Assembly: GCF_051097895.1 (NCBI RefSeq)
Contig: NZ_CP142525.1
Coordinates: forward strand, 300,001-332,000
Direction of reading: 5' to 3'
Source of the DNA: Psychrobacter sp. HD31
GTDB lineage: Bacteria; Pseudomonadota; Gammaproteobacteria; Pseudomonadales; Moraxellaceae
Length of the DNA stretch: 32,000 bases
In this document: positions 1 through 8,727 of the stretch, one piece after another
Numbering within the stretch: the first letter of the stretch is position 1
How the letters are laid out: each line of letters starts with the position of its first letter
Program-made: the position numbers and the translations under genes
The notes under the pieces: model-generated
What the model saw: the letters and a program-made list of their open reading frames with translations, nothing else
What the model was told of the DNA's origin: nothing
Database searches by the model: none

Positions 1-190
1 CTGGCTTTAATAGACTTACTTAAATAAAGATAAGATTAAAGATGGTTTGATAGAGAGAGAAAAAGATGAACAATATAAAAATGGCACTAGAACTAGAAAC
101 GGAAAACACAGAATGGGAACAAGAAGAATATGAAGATGCCATGGAAATGTAGGCTCAATAATTCTTTAAAATATAAAAAAGTAATCGGTT

Positions 191-220
191 AAAACAAAAA
201 GCCAAGCAACTGCTTGGCTT
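191..220 (-). terminator. Rho-independent terminator downstream of the DAHP synthase gene
   Basis: Inverted repeat aagccaagc (199-207) / gcttggctt (212-220) with a 4-nt loop. On the minus strand it is followed by a T-rich run (complement of aaaacaaaaa, 191-200). It lies 18 nt past the stop at 238-240. Confidence 0.7.
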
Positions 221-237
221 TCATATTGAGTGGCTAT

Positions 238-1335
238 TTAACGGTTAGCCAAATCATCTTTAACCATATTACGCAAGTTACGTAGGGCGGCAACGGTGCT
301 GTCCCAATCCAAGCAACCATCGGTAATAGACTTGCCGTATTCTAAATCTTCAAGGTCATCTGTTAAATTTTGGCGACCACCTTTTAAGTGGCTTTCAATC
401 ATTAACCCCATAATAGACTTGTTACCATTTTGGATTTGCTCTGCCACGTTTTGGATAACCATTGGCTGCAAGTATGGATCTTTACCTGAATTTGCATGGC
501 TGGCGTCAATCATGATTTTGCCGTTAACCGTGCCTTTGGCTAAATCATTTTCTGCCTGTGCTACCGAGGTTGCATCATAGTTAGGACCAGCTGAACCACC
601 ACGCAATACAACGTGAGCGTATTGGTTGCCTTTTGATTTAATGATGCTTACTTTGCCATCAGATGATAGCCCTAAAAAGCTGTGACCAGACTGAACTGCC
701 TTCATGGCATTAACCGCAACGGTCATTCCGCCGTCAGTACCATTTTTAAAACCAACTGGGCAAGATAGGCCAGAGCTCATTTCACGGTGTGTTTGGCTCT
801 CGGTTGTACGTGCACCAATGGCAGACCAGCTAATTAAGTCTTGCATATATTGAGGTGTATTTGGATCGAGTGCCTCAGTTGCACAAGGCAGACCACGCTC
901 GTTTAAATCTAATAATAACTTACGGGCAGTGTGCAAACCTTTTTCTATATCAAAGCTGTCATTCATATCTGGGTCATTGATTAAACCTTTCCAGCCTGTG
1001 GTTGTACGAGGTTTTTCAAAATACACACGCATCACAACAAAAATGGCATCATCAATTTCTTTAGCCAGTTCAACCAATTTATCGGCATATTCATTAGCCG
1101 CTTTAACATCATGTATTGAGCAAGGACCGACAACCACCAGTAAACGTTTGTCTTTGCCATCTAAAATATTTTGGATGGTTTCACGCCCATATTTAACAGT
1201 ATCATGTGCAATGGGCGTCAGTGGTAAATCTGTTTTTAGCTCTTTTGGTGTTAACAAAGGGATGAACTTTTCAATATTCAAATCATCAATATCAGGGTTA
1301 TGAGTGGGTAATTCTTCTAGCGGTTGGCTTGTCAT
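238..1335 (-). CDS. aroG: 3-deoxy-7-phosphoheptulonate (DAHP) synthase, class I (AroF/G/H type)
   Basis: 365-aa ORF with class-I DAHP synthase motifs (VVVGPCSIHD, YFEKPRTTTGWKGLINDP, IGARTTESQ, MIDASHANS). Length matches E. coli AroG (350 aa). The feedback isozyme (Phe/Tyr/Trp) cannot be assigned from sequence, so the symbol is nominal. Confidence 0.93.
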   Translation of the reverse strand: MTSQPLEELPTHNPDIDDLNIEKFIPLLTPKELKTDLPLTPIAHDTVKYGRETIQNILDGKDKRLLVVVGPCSIHDVKAANEYADKLVELAKEIDDAIFVVMRVYFEKPRTTTGWKGLINDPDMNDSFDIEKGLHTARKLLLDLNERGLPCATEALDPNTPQYMQDLISWSAIGARTTESQTHREMSSGLSCPVGFKNGTDGGMTVAVNAMKAVQSGHSFLGLSSDGKVSIIKSKGNQYAHVVLRGGSAGPNYDATSVAQAENDLAKGTVNGKIMIDASHANSGKDPYLQPMVIQNVAEQIQNGNKSIMGLMIESHLKGGRQNLTDDLEDLEYGKSITDGCLDWDSTVAALRNLRNMVKDDLANR

Positions 1336-1505
1336 AATTATCTTCCAGTTTTTTATAAGTTAGATTAAAACACGTTACCACAATTATGCTTGCCATAGTT
1401 TAGATTTACAAGTGATTTAAGGTGAATTATTGTCGAATAACTTTAATAGCAACTAAAAAAAATAGTTATGTAAATTTGCTAACATAAAATTATGCCGTTA
1501 ACTTT

Positions 1506-2822
1506 ATGTTAAAATTTAGCGTGATAACCAACTCTTATTATAAACCACTTGTAATGATGGATGAACTGATGAGCATCGATAAGCGAATACTAAAAAAGCT
1601 TGAAGGAAGAAACAAACCACTAACGATTGGTATTGTGGCAGGAGAAGCTTCAGGTGATGCATTAGGCAGTGATTTTATGCAAAAGCTAAATGCCATACAT
1701 TCAGACATTAACTGGGTTGGCGTTGGTGGTACAACTATGCAAAGACAAGGGCTTAAAAGCTTGTTTCCTTTATCGCGTTTGGCCGTGATGGGACTGGTTG
1801 AAGTCATTAAACATTTGCCAGATTTATTTAAAGCACGAGATGAAATTTTGCAAGCCTTTGATAAGGCAAATATTGATATTTTTGTTGGTATCGATGCCCC
1901 AGATTTTAACTTACGGGTGGCAAAAAAACTTAAACCTAACGGTGTGTATTGTGTGCAATATGTTAGTCCATCGGTTTGGGCGTGGCGAGAGTCACGCATA
2001 CATGGGATAAAAAAAGCAACCGATTTGGTACTGTGTTTATTTCCATTTGAATTGCCTGTTTATCAAAAACATAATCATCCAGCCAAGTGTGTTGGGCATT
2101 CATTGCTTCATTCAATAGACGATTACTTATTAAATACACCCAAACTTGATTTAAGGACTCAATTGGTATGGGATAACCAAGGGTTACAGCAGTTTTTTGT
2201 TAATCGTTATGATGAAGTAAGCCAACTGGTTTGTATGATGCCAGGATCTCGCCGAAGCGAGATAAATGCGATGCTACCATTGTTTTTAGATAGCGTCCAT
2301 AGATTGCTATTAATTGATAAAAATTTGTGTTTTATTATTCCTACGATTGATGAAAACCACCAATACATAGTGCAAGAATTGTTGGAACAAAGACCAAAAC
2401 ACGTGCAAGAAGCGGTAACCGTGGTGTTTGATGCAAGTCAACCTAATTTTAGTCAGTTGGCAATGGCAGCCAGTGATTTGGTTGTACTTGCCTCGGGTAC
2501 AGCAACATTAGAGGCGATGCTTTTAAGCACGCCAATGGTTGTGGTTTATCAACTAAACAATTTAACTTACCAAATTGCAAAACGTTTGGTTAAAACACCT
2601 TATGTTGCTTTACCCAATATTTTAGCTGGCAAGCAAATTGTGCCAGAGTTGATACAAGCAGAAGCAAATACTGATAACCTTTGCCGTTTGGTTAATCAAA
2701 TGCTGCAACCAAATAGTGCAGATAAGCAGATTAATTATTTAATTGAACAAAGTAATCTATTAAGGCAGCAAAGTAATCAATCACCAGCAGATTGTGTCAT
2801 TGAGCACTGGCTAGCTAATTAA
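1506..2822 (+). CDS. lpxB: Lipid-A-disaccharide synthase
   Basis: The N-terminal PLTIGIVAGEASGDALG matches the LpxB signature (E. coli PLTIALVAGETSGDILG). GT19-like length and conserved lpxB-rnhB synteny. The ORF start at 1506 is probably too far upstream; ATGs at 1554, 1557 and 1569 would give about 417-422 aa. Confidence 0.9.
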   Translation: MLKFSVITNSYYKPLVMMDELMSIDKRILKKLEGRNKPLTIGIVAGEASGDALGSDFMQKLNAIHSDINWVGVGGTTMQRQGLKSLFPLSRLAVMGLVEVIKHLPDLFKARDEILQAFDKANIDIFVGIDAPDFNLRVAKKLKPNGVYCVQYVSPSVWAWRESRIHGIKKATDLVLCLFPFELPVYQKHNHPAKCVGHSLLHSIDDYLLNTPKLDLRTQLVWDNQGLQQFFVNRYDEVSQLVCMMPGSRRSEINAMLPLFLDSVHRLLLIDKNLCFIIPTIDENHQYIVQELLEQRPKHVQEAVTVVFDASQPNFSQLAMAASDLVVLASGTATLEAMLLSTPMVVVYQLNNLTYQIAKRLVKTPYVALPNILAGKQIVPELIQAEANTDNLCRLVNQMLQPNSADKQINYLIEQSNLLRQQSNQSPADCVIEHWLAN

Positions 2823-2940
2823 ATATCGACTATTAATTTTATTATTCTTTAGTTTTCACTTTTGCTTTGTTTATTCTCACATGCTACAAAACATGTCTTT
2901 AAAGTACCTTTTTATTTTTTATATAAATTAAGCCCACATT

Positions 2941-3822
2941 ATGACAACAAAAAAAATTGTTTTATCTGATTTAATTCATCATTCTTATAATAACTTTGGG
3001 TTAGGAGAAAAACGCCAAGCTGTATTATTTGAGCCTGATACCATTAATGTAAACACGCATATTAATTGCAAGCAGTTAAGTAAACAGTTCGATAGCATGG
3101 TGGAATCAGATATTAGCAATGTATCAAAGGATAAATTACAAATAGGCATTGATGAGGCAGGTCGAGGTCCATTACTTGGTAGTGTGACGGTGAGTGCGGT
3201 TATGTTACCATCAGATTTATCTGGACTGTTTAGTGAGCTAGATTTATCAAACACGCCAATTAGCAGCATTAATGACTCAAAAAAAATTAGCGAAAAAAAA
3301 CGAGAAGCACTGTTTGAAATTATCCCTAAAGTAGCCATTGGGTATAGTATTGTAGAAGTACCTGCCAGTGTCATTGATGAAATTAACATTTTGCAAGCCT
3401 CCCTTTTGGGGATGCGAATAGCAGGCGATGAGTTGCTTGCTGCATTAATGTCTGAGGTAAATAAAGCTGGTTTATCAACAAAAAACCAACCAATGCTTTT
3501 TTTATATGATGGTAATAAGGTGCCACAGGTTGATACAGAGTTTTATCAAACACTTGGATTGCATGCTAGTCAAACGACACAGCAAGCAGTGGTAAAAGGG
3601 GATGCAACCGATAGCAGTATTGCCGCTGCGAGTATATTGGCAAAGGTTAGCCGAGATGCCTTAATGTATGCGCTTGCAAAAAAACACCCTAACTATAAAA
3701 TTGAGAACCACAAAGGTTATCCAACCAAAGCACATATAGAAGCAATACAAAAACATGGCGTATTGGCTGAACATCGCCGTAGCTTTGCGCCTGTAAAAAG
3801 GGCATTAGAAGGACAGGAATAG
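2941..3822 (+). CDS. rnhB: Ribonuclease HII (long form)
   Basis: IGIDEAGRGPLLGSV catalytic motif, C-terminal KGYPTKAHIEAIQKHG...HRRSF, and position directly after lpxB. 293 aa versus 198 aa in E. coli. The start is uncertain (alternative ATG at 3097). Confidence 0.88.
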   Translation: MTTKKIVLSDLIHHSYNNFGLGEKRQAVLFEPDTINVNTHINCKQLSKQFDSMVESDISNVSKDKLQIGIDEAGRGPLLGSVTVSAVMLPSDLSGLFSELDLSNTPISSINDSKKISEKKREALFEIIPKVAIGYSIVEVPASVIDEINILQASLLGMRIAGDELLAALMSEVNKAGLSTKNQPMLFLYDGNKVPQVDTEFYQTLGLHASQTTQQAVVKGDATDSSIAAASILAKVSRDALMYALAKKHPNYKIENHKGYPTKAHIEAIQKHGVLAEHRRSFAPVKRALEGQE

Positions 3823-3870
3823 AGTAGCTATTACTAGCAAACAAAAAAATTTATCGTTTACTTGTACAGT

Positions 3871-6033
3871 TTACTTTTTAATGGGATGTGCTTTTAAATG
3901 TGTGTGCAAAATTTTGCGTAAAACGACCACTGTTTTTGGGTTGGTATGGATATCATGCCCACCTGAAATAATGGTCTCTGATTTTGCTCCCTCAAGATGT
4001 GAGCTTTTGTAAGGCACAATACCATCCGAACTTTGATTATCTTCAAATACTTCTAAGCGCGATACCAGTTCATCTTTCGCATTTCCCATAATGCTGTGGT
4101 AACTAACTCTTGAGTTAATCTTTACATTATTGGTGAGCTGCATAAAAGCAGATTTATCACTTAATTGGCTTGCACCGTTTCTTAACAGTAATGCACCTAA
4201 AGAGGTATTAGAAATTTTTTGTTCTTCATTACCAATATCAAGTCGTACAATCTCTGCGGGCAGCTTTATAATTTTACGTAAAGCTTTAGTAAACCATAAA
4301 TCGGCAAACTTAGTCCCTCTGTGAGGAGACGAAATAAAAATAGCAGTATCTATTTGTGGTATGGCATTGAGTTTAAAACGCCCTGCTAATGATGGCTGAT
4401 GGTAGGTGTTTAATAAAAAGTTGTTTAATTCATTATTTTGTATTGCTTCTGGGTCGTTGGGGCTGTTAACAAGGTCATTAAAATTTTTGGTTAAATCATT
4501 GTCTGACAGCATCATGCGAGAAATCACCCCTCCCATACTATGACCAATAATCACACTGTTTTTCCCAGCAGTCGTTGTATTGTCCGCATCTATCAATTTA
4601 TAAGCTGCTAAAATCAACCGCTGCACTTGATAGCGTGTTTCTAACATAGGCATGTTGGTTGGGTAGAAAACCTGCCAAACTTGATAGCTTTCTTGTAATT
4701 TTGGGTCATTTAAAATATCGTTGGTTAGTCCTACCCAAGTTGTGGGGCTTGAAGCAAGCCCATGCATCATAATGATTATTCGTTTATTAGGGTTGTAGGG
4801 TTCCAGCATAAATAAACGAGGTAGGCTTTGATGCTGTTTTTGGTACAACATGTTTAAATAGCCAACTTGAGATAGTTGATTTTCTACCAGCCAGCTGGCA
4901 TAACTTGCTGTAAAGTTTGCAGCTAATGGGTATTCATCACCCAATATGTTAACGGTTTTATCTTTAAATGGACTGTAAAGGTGTATGTTAAATGAATGCG
5001 TAGATAACACAGTATCTAAATTTTTACCTTTTGGTAGGATAACACTGGTTAAAAGCAAGTTTCCTGTTGGGTAGATACGAGTATGTGGGTCATCAGTTTC
5101 GTATTGTGTTTGGTTGTTATTAGAAGACTCCAACTCATTAAAGACACTGGTTTTTTGGCGACCATGCAGTTGGGCTAGATAGCTAGTGCCAAAGCCTGCT
5201 CTTTTACTGATGGTGTTTAAGCCAGAAAGCTTTAAGCTTGCTGTTGGGGTTAAGTGTTCAATATCTGCATATGATCCCGCTTTATTAAACGATGAGCTGG
5301 TGAGTTTTTGATCGTTGGGCACAAAAACGTTTAGTTGGTTATTGGCAATTGTACGGCTCATTAACCGATACTGTTGATTAGCGTTAATTTTTTTGTTGTC
5401 ATGATTGATAGATGGCTGTTCATTGGCACTTTTATAAAGGCTTTCTATAATATTATTGCTAGCCGCATTATAAATATCTTGCGTTTGAAAATCTAAATCA
5501 TTTGCCAGCTTTGCTTTTTTATAGTTTTGATTAGTTAATTGATCAAAAAACAAATAAGCATAACTATAGCGTATAGCACTCAATAAGTTGCTTTGGTAAT
5601 CAATAATACAGGCTTGAGTTTGATTGACTGCCGGGGCAATAATTTGTCCGTTTTTATTAAAAAAGGTTTTACATTGCTTTTTTTTGGTAATTTTTAAAGC
5701 ATGGTCGTAATGGAGTTCAGCCAAAATAGATAGTTGACGGGGGGTGTAAGCCGTCGAGTATTGACTGTCTTTAATTTGTGTTAGGCAATCATTAAAGTCA
5801 CTAAAACAGCTTTGTTCATCCAGCCCTGCTGTATGTAAACTAGAATAAGTGTTTGAGCTGAGATTTTTTGAGGTAATGACGTTTTCACGTTGCTTGACTA
5901 ACTGCTCGATCGGGTCTTGTGATTTGACAGAAATAGTACTACAGCCTGATAAACTGAGGACAACTGCACCCGTAATCGCCGTAAAAACGATTGTTTGTTT
6001 TAATACTGTTTGTGTTTTACGAGCGCCAAGCAT
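3871..6033 (-). CDS. Lipoprotein with C-terminal alpha/beta-hydrolase (lipase/esterase-like) domain
   Basis: Lipobox VVLSLSG|C near the N-terminus. C-terminal third carries IIMMHGLASSP (oxyanion HG), nucleophile elbow GHSMGG (Ser codon at 4537-4539), then SSDGIVP and GGHDIH as candidate Asp/His. The N-terminal ~400 aa have no motif I recognise. Confidence 0.72.
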   Translation of the reverse strand: MLGARKTQTVLKQTIVFTAITGAVVLSLSGCSTISVKSQDPIEQLVKQRENVITSKNLSSNTYSSLHTAGLDEQSCFSDFNDCLTQIKDSQYSTAYTPRQLSILAELHYDHALKITKKKQCKTFFNKNGQIIAPAVNQTQACIIDYQSNLLSAIRYSYAYLFFDQLTNQNYKKAKLANDLDFQTQDIYNAASNNIIESLYKSANEQPSINHDNKKINANQQYRLMSRTIANNQLNVFVPNDQKLTSSSFNKAGSYADIEHLTPTASLKLSGLNTISKRAGFGTSYLAQLHGRQKTSVFNELESSNNNQTQYETDDPHTRIYPTGNLLLTSVILPKGKNLDTVLSTHSFNIHLYSPFKDKTVNILGDEYPLAANFTASYASWLVENQLSQVGYLNMLYQKQHQSLPRLFMLEPYNPNKRIIIMMHGLASSPTTWVGLTNDILNDPKLQESYQVWQVFYPTNMPMLETRYQVQRLILAAYKLIDADNTTTAGKNSVIIGHSMGGVISRMMLSDNDLTKNFNDLVNSPNDPEAIQNNELNNFLLNTYHQPSLAGRFKLNAIPQIDTAIFISSPHRGTKFADLWFTKALRKIIKLPAEIVRLDIGNEEQKISNTSLGALLLRNGASQLSDKSAFMQLTNNVKINSRVSYHSIMGNAKDELVSRLEVFEDNQSSDGIVPYKSSHLEGAKSETIISGGHDIHTNPKTVVVLRKILHTHLKAHPIKK

Positions 6034-6070
6034 GTTATATCTCTTAAAATTTGCTTTAAAATATAAACTA

Positions 6071-6102
6071 AAAAAATAAAACCCAACGGTTAGCTGGGTT
6101 TT
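6071..6102 (-). terminator. Rho-independent terminator downstream of the 264-aa lipoprotein gene
   Basis: Stem aaaaccca (6078-6085) / tgggtttt (6095-6102), 9-nt loop. On the minus strand a T-rich tract follows (complement of aaaaaaataaaa). Confidence 0.6.
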
Positions 6103-6167
6103 ATCTTAACATACAATCATAGAAAACAGAGAGTACAAAGCATGAATGCTTTATTGAGAATTAAAAA

Positions 6168-6962
6168 TTAATAAATGTGTTTAACGTTAATGTTTGGTGC
6201 AGGAATATCCCAAATATAATATTTACCACTTTCTATGATGGCAATTTGCTGATCTAAAATAGGATCCACCGGGTGTTGTAATTTTAATTGTTTTAAACGT
6301 GATAAAGCGGAGCTTCGTCTATCTCTCATTAAATCTGTTTGTGCAGCGCTCTGAATGGCTTCTTTTGAGCCAAGTGCAATGGCACGATCGAGATATTTTT
6401 GCCCTTCTTTAAAGCCACCACCTTCGGCAAGTAAAAAACCATAAAGCGTGTTTGCTTCAGGCGTGCTTTTAAGTTTTAAGGCCTTTGCAACATAATTACT
6501 GGCTCTAACCGCATATTCTGAACCCATGTCTAAGTTGCGAGCCATACCGTTTAGCTCCGCAGCACGTATTAGCACATCGTAAGAGGCATTGGGTGCCATT
6601 GCATGCTCATCAATCCAATTAACATAATGTTTGATAGCGGTGCGTGTGTTGTAGCGTTGCTGTTTGTTTGGAAAATTTGGTGGGTAATGACGGGCATTTG
6701 GCGAGGCTTCGGCAATAAAAGCATCAACATTTGTTACATCTAATTGTTCGCCCATTAGGTTTTTTGCAATGCTAACGCTTGGCACAAACTCGATATCACT
6801 AATCGATACAGTCGGGGTGGGTGCTTTACCCGTAGCGTTAGAAATTGTTGTTGATGAGCTTCCCATACCAGAAAAAGGGTTGGAGCCATCTGTTACACAA
6901 CCAGTTTGTGTTGTTAAAATAGATGCTGCAAGGACAGATCCAAGAAGTTGTGTTTTTTTCAT
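6168..6962 (-). CDS. Putative lipoprotein of unknown function (possible Sel1/TPR-like helical C-terminal part)
   Basis: Signal peptide plus lipobox (ILTTQTG|C), a Ser/Thr/Gly-rich linker, then a helical region (YGFLLAEGGGFKEGQKYLDRAIALGSKEA). SD-like aaggt sits upstream of the ATG. Confidence 0.6.
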   Translation of the reverse strand: MKKTQLLGSVLAASILTTQTGCVTDGSNPFSGMGSSSTTISNATGKAPTPTVSISDIEFVPSVSIAKNLMGEQLDVTNVDAFIAEASPNARHYPPNFPNKQQRYNTRTAIKHYVNWIDEHAMAPNASYDVLIRAAELNGMARNLDMGSEYAVRASNYVAKALKLKSTPEANTLYGFLLAEGGGFKEGQKYLDRAIALGSKEAIQSAAQTDLMRDRRSSALSRLKQLKLQHPVDPILDQQIAIIESGKYYIWDIPAPNINVKHIY

Positions 6963-7129
6963 AATTTTAAAACCTTGTTTTCGTTAGTTCCATGTGTCTA
7001 TTTGTTTTGTATAGCCTAGCAAAAGTTATACAAATTACTCAGTAGTAAGATTGTTAAAAGTGTTGCTCAATTTTTTATAAAGTCTCAATGCCATTTTTTA
7101 AGTTTTGACATGATGCCTTGCTTTTACAA

Positions 7130-8443
7130 CTAGTCGTGTGTTTGGATTGTTAGACTATTTTCATGTTTTTTTAGGTTGGTGTATAAAAAGAAACCATAAA
7201 ATAAGTTTAAAATGCCAGTTACTAAAAATAGCTGAGGTAAGCTTAGTTTAACGACATTAAGCATAATAATAGCAAAAATTGCAGAAGTTACCATATATAA
7301 CGCATTAAAAATATTATTTGCGCCAACTATTCTGGCACGGTGGCTTTCTGGTGAATATGCCTGCATGTAAGCATATAAAGGTACAATAAATAAACCGCCA
7401 CTAAAACCAAGGAAAAACAAATCAAAAAATATTCGCCAGATACCGTCAACCATAAATATGCCAGTTAAGTCATAAAGGTGTTGGCTGTTAACATTTAAGC
7501 CAGAAAGAGAAAAGTATAAATCTACTGCAAAAAGGCTAAGCCCACCAATGCCAAAGGGTAGTAAACGCAAGCTGATTTGGTTTTTTGTTAAGGTTTTGCA
7601 CAAAACAGAGCCAATTGATACGCCAACAGAAAATAGCATGAGCATAAAGATAACGACAGATTCATTACCATGTAAGATTTTTTTGCTAAACTCGGGCACT
7701 TGAGTTAAAAAGGTTGCGCCATAAAACCAAAACCAACTGTTGCCTAAAATAATGAAAAATAGTAAAGGAAGTGAATATAAGTAGCGTACGGTTTGCCAAC
7801 TGGTTGTGATAATGTTCCAATTAATATTTAGTTTTGGTTGCATCGCTGGTGTGTTAGGTATTCGGGTAGAAGCCAAATATCCTAAAATAGCGACAAGCAT
7901 AACGGTGCCACAAATCCAAACAGTTGGGTTGGTTTGTTGCGTTAAAATGCCGGCAATAATCATACCAAGCAAAATGGATAGAGAGGTTCCCATTTGGAAC
8001 AAACCATTTGCACCAACCAGCTCATCGCTATGCATGGCTTGTGGTAAGTAAGAATACTTAATGGGACCAAAAAAGGTTGATTGTGTCCCTAATAAAAATA
8101 ATGCTAAAAACAGTACCCAGTACCACTGCATAAAAAAACCAACGGTTGCTAAAATCATGATAATGATTTCAAGTATTTTTATATAGCGTGTTAGTTTTGA
8201 TTTTTCGTATTTATCGGCTAATTGCCCCGCAACGGCTGAAAATAAAAAATAAGGCAAAATAAACAGCATGGCCGCAAGGTTATTTAAAATACTTATTTCT
8301 ATCCCCATTTGACTAGCCGCAGAATAAGTAAGTACCAACAGTAGCGCTTGCTTAAACACATTATCGTTAAATGCCCCTAAAAACTGGGTAGCAAACATTG
8401 ACCTAAACCTTTGTAAACCAAACAGCTGAAATTGGTTAGACAT
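7130..8443 (-). CDS. MFS transporter, LplT (lysophospholipid transporter)-like
   Basis: 437 aa and highly hydrophobic with a multi-TM profile. From memory, TQFLGAFNDNVFK, AGQLADKYEKSKL, PIKYSYLPQ and VPLYAYMQ parallel E. coli LplT segments (AQFLSAFGDNAL, VGQVADSFAKGRV, PAKYGILGE, VPLNALLQ). SD aaagga upstream. Confidence 0.8.
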   Translation of the reverse strand: MSNQFQLFGLQRFRSMFATQFLGAFNDNVFKQALLLVLTYSAASQMGIEISILNNLAAMLFILPYFLFSAVAGQLADKYEKSKLTRYIKILEIIIMILATVGFFMQWYWVLFLALFLLGTQSTFFGPIKYSYLPQAMHSDELVGANGLFQMGTSLSILLGMIIAGILTQQTNPTVWICGTVMLVAILGYLASTRIPNTPAMQPKLNINWNIITTSWQTVRYLYSLPLLFFIILGNSWFWFYGATFLTQVPEFSKKILHGNESVVIFMLMLFSVGVSIGSVLCKTLTKNQISLRLLPFGIGGLSLFAVDLYFSLSGLNVNSQHLYDLTGIFMVDGIWRIFFDLFFLGFSGGLFIVPLYAYMQAYSPESHRARIVGANNIFNALYMVTSAIFAIIMLNVVKLSLPQLFLVTGILNLFYGFFLYTNLKKHENSLTIQTHD

Positions 8444-8727
8444 GGGGGATCCTTTAAATATATAGAATTTATTATTGTTTTGTGTCTATTGTGTCAAAAA
8501 AAATAACAAAATGAGATGATTTCTCACTAGGTTTTTTCATCTTTGCACGCTATCATAACAATAATTTAGGGTTAATGTGAATAAAACCATACATAACATA
8601 AATGAATAAATGGGATAAATGCAAATATTTAGATATCTAAATGACTTAGCAAGGATTTCTAAAGTCAGCGTGACAGTTCAACAGCCCCAGATTAATAGAT
8701 TCAGATAAAGACGAAAAGAGTTATATT

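Noticed and set aside
1-27. Possible 3' end of a plus-strand gene entering the window (LALIDLLK*).
   Set aside because: Only 8 codons are visible and nothing is recognisable, so it cannot be supported.
66-152. 28-codon acidic ORF (MNNIKMALELETENTEWEQEEYEDAMEM) with a purine-rich stretch upstream.
   Set aside because: It is too short and compositionally simple to support as a gene without conservation or expression data. It could be noise in the AT-rich region next to the aroG terminator.
1336-1505. Looked for TyrR boxes (TGTAAA-N6-TTTACA) or an attenuator upstream of the DAHP synthase gene. tgtaaatttgctaacata was the nearest candidate.
   Set aside because: The right half-site (aacata) matches poorly and no second box or leader peptide was seen.
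296-3389. Track ORFs 296-580(+), 929-1303(+), 1538-1999(-), 1798-2010(+) and 2985-3389(-).
   Set aside because: These are shadow ORFs wholly inside and antisense to, or out of frame with, well-supported genes (DAHP synthase, lpxB, rnhB). Their translations are low-complexity with no motifs.
8458-8463. GGATCC (BamHI site) lies 15 nt upstream of the MFS start codon (8443, minus strand) and looked like a possible cloning scar.
   Set aside because: A single 6-mer is expected by chance. The flanks are ordinary native-looking sequence with an SD, and there is no vector-like sequence.
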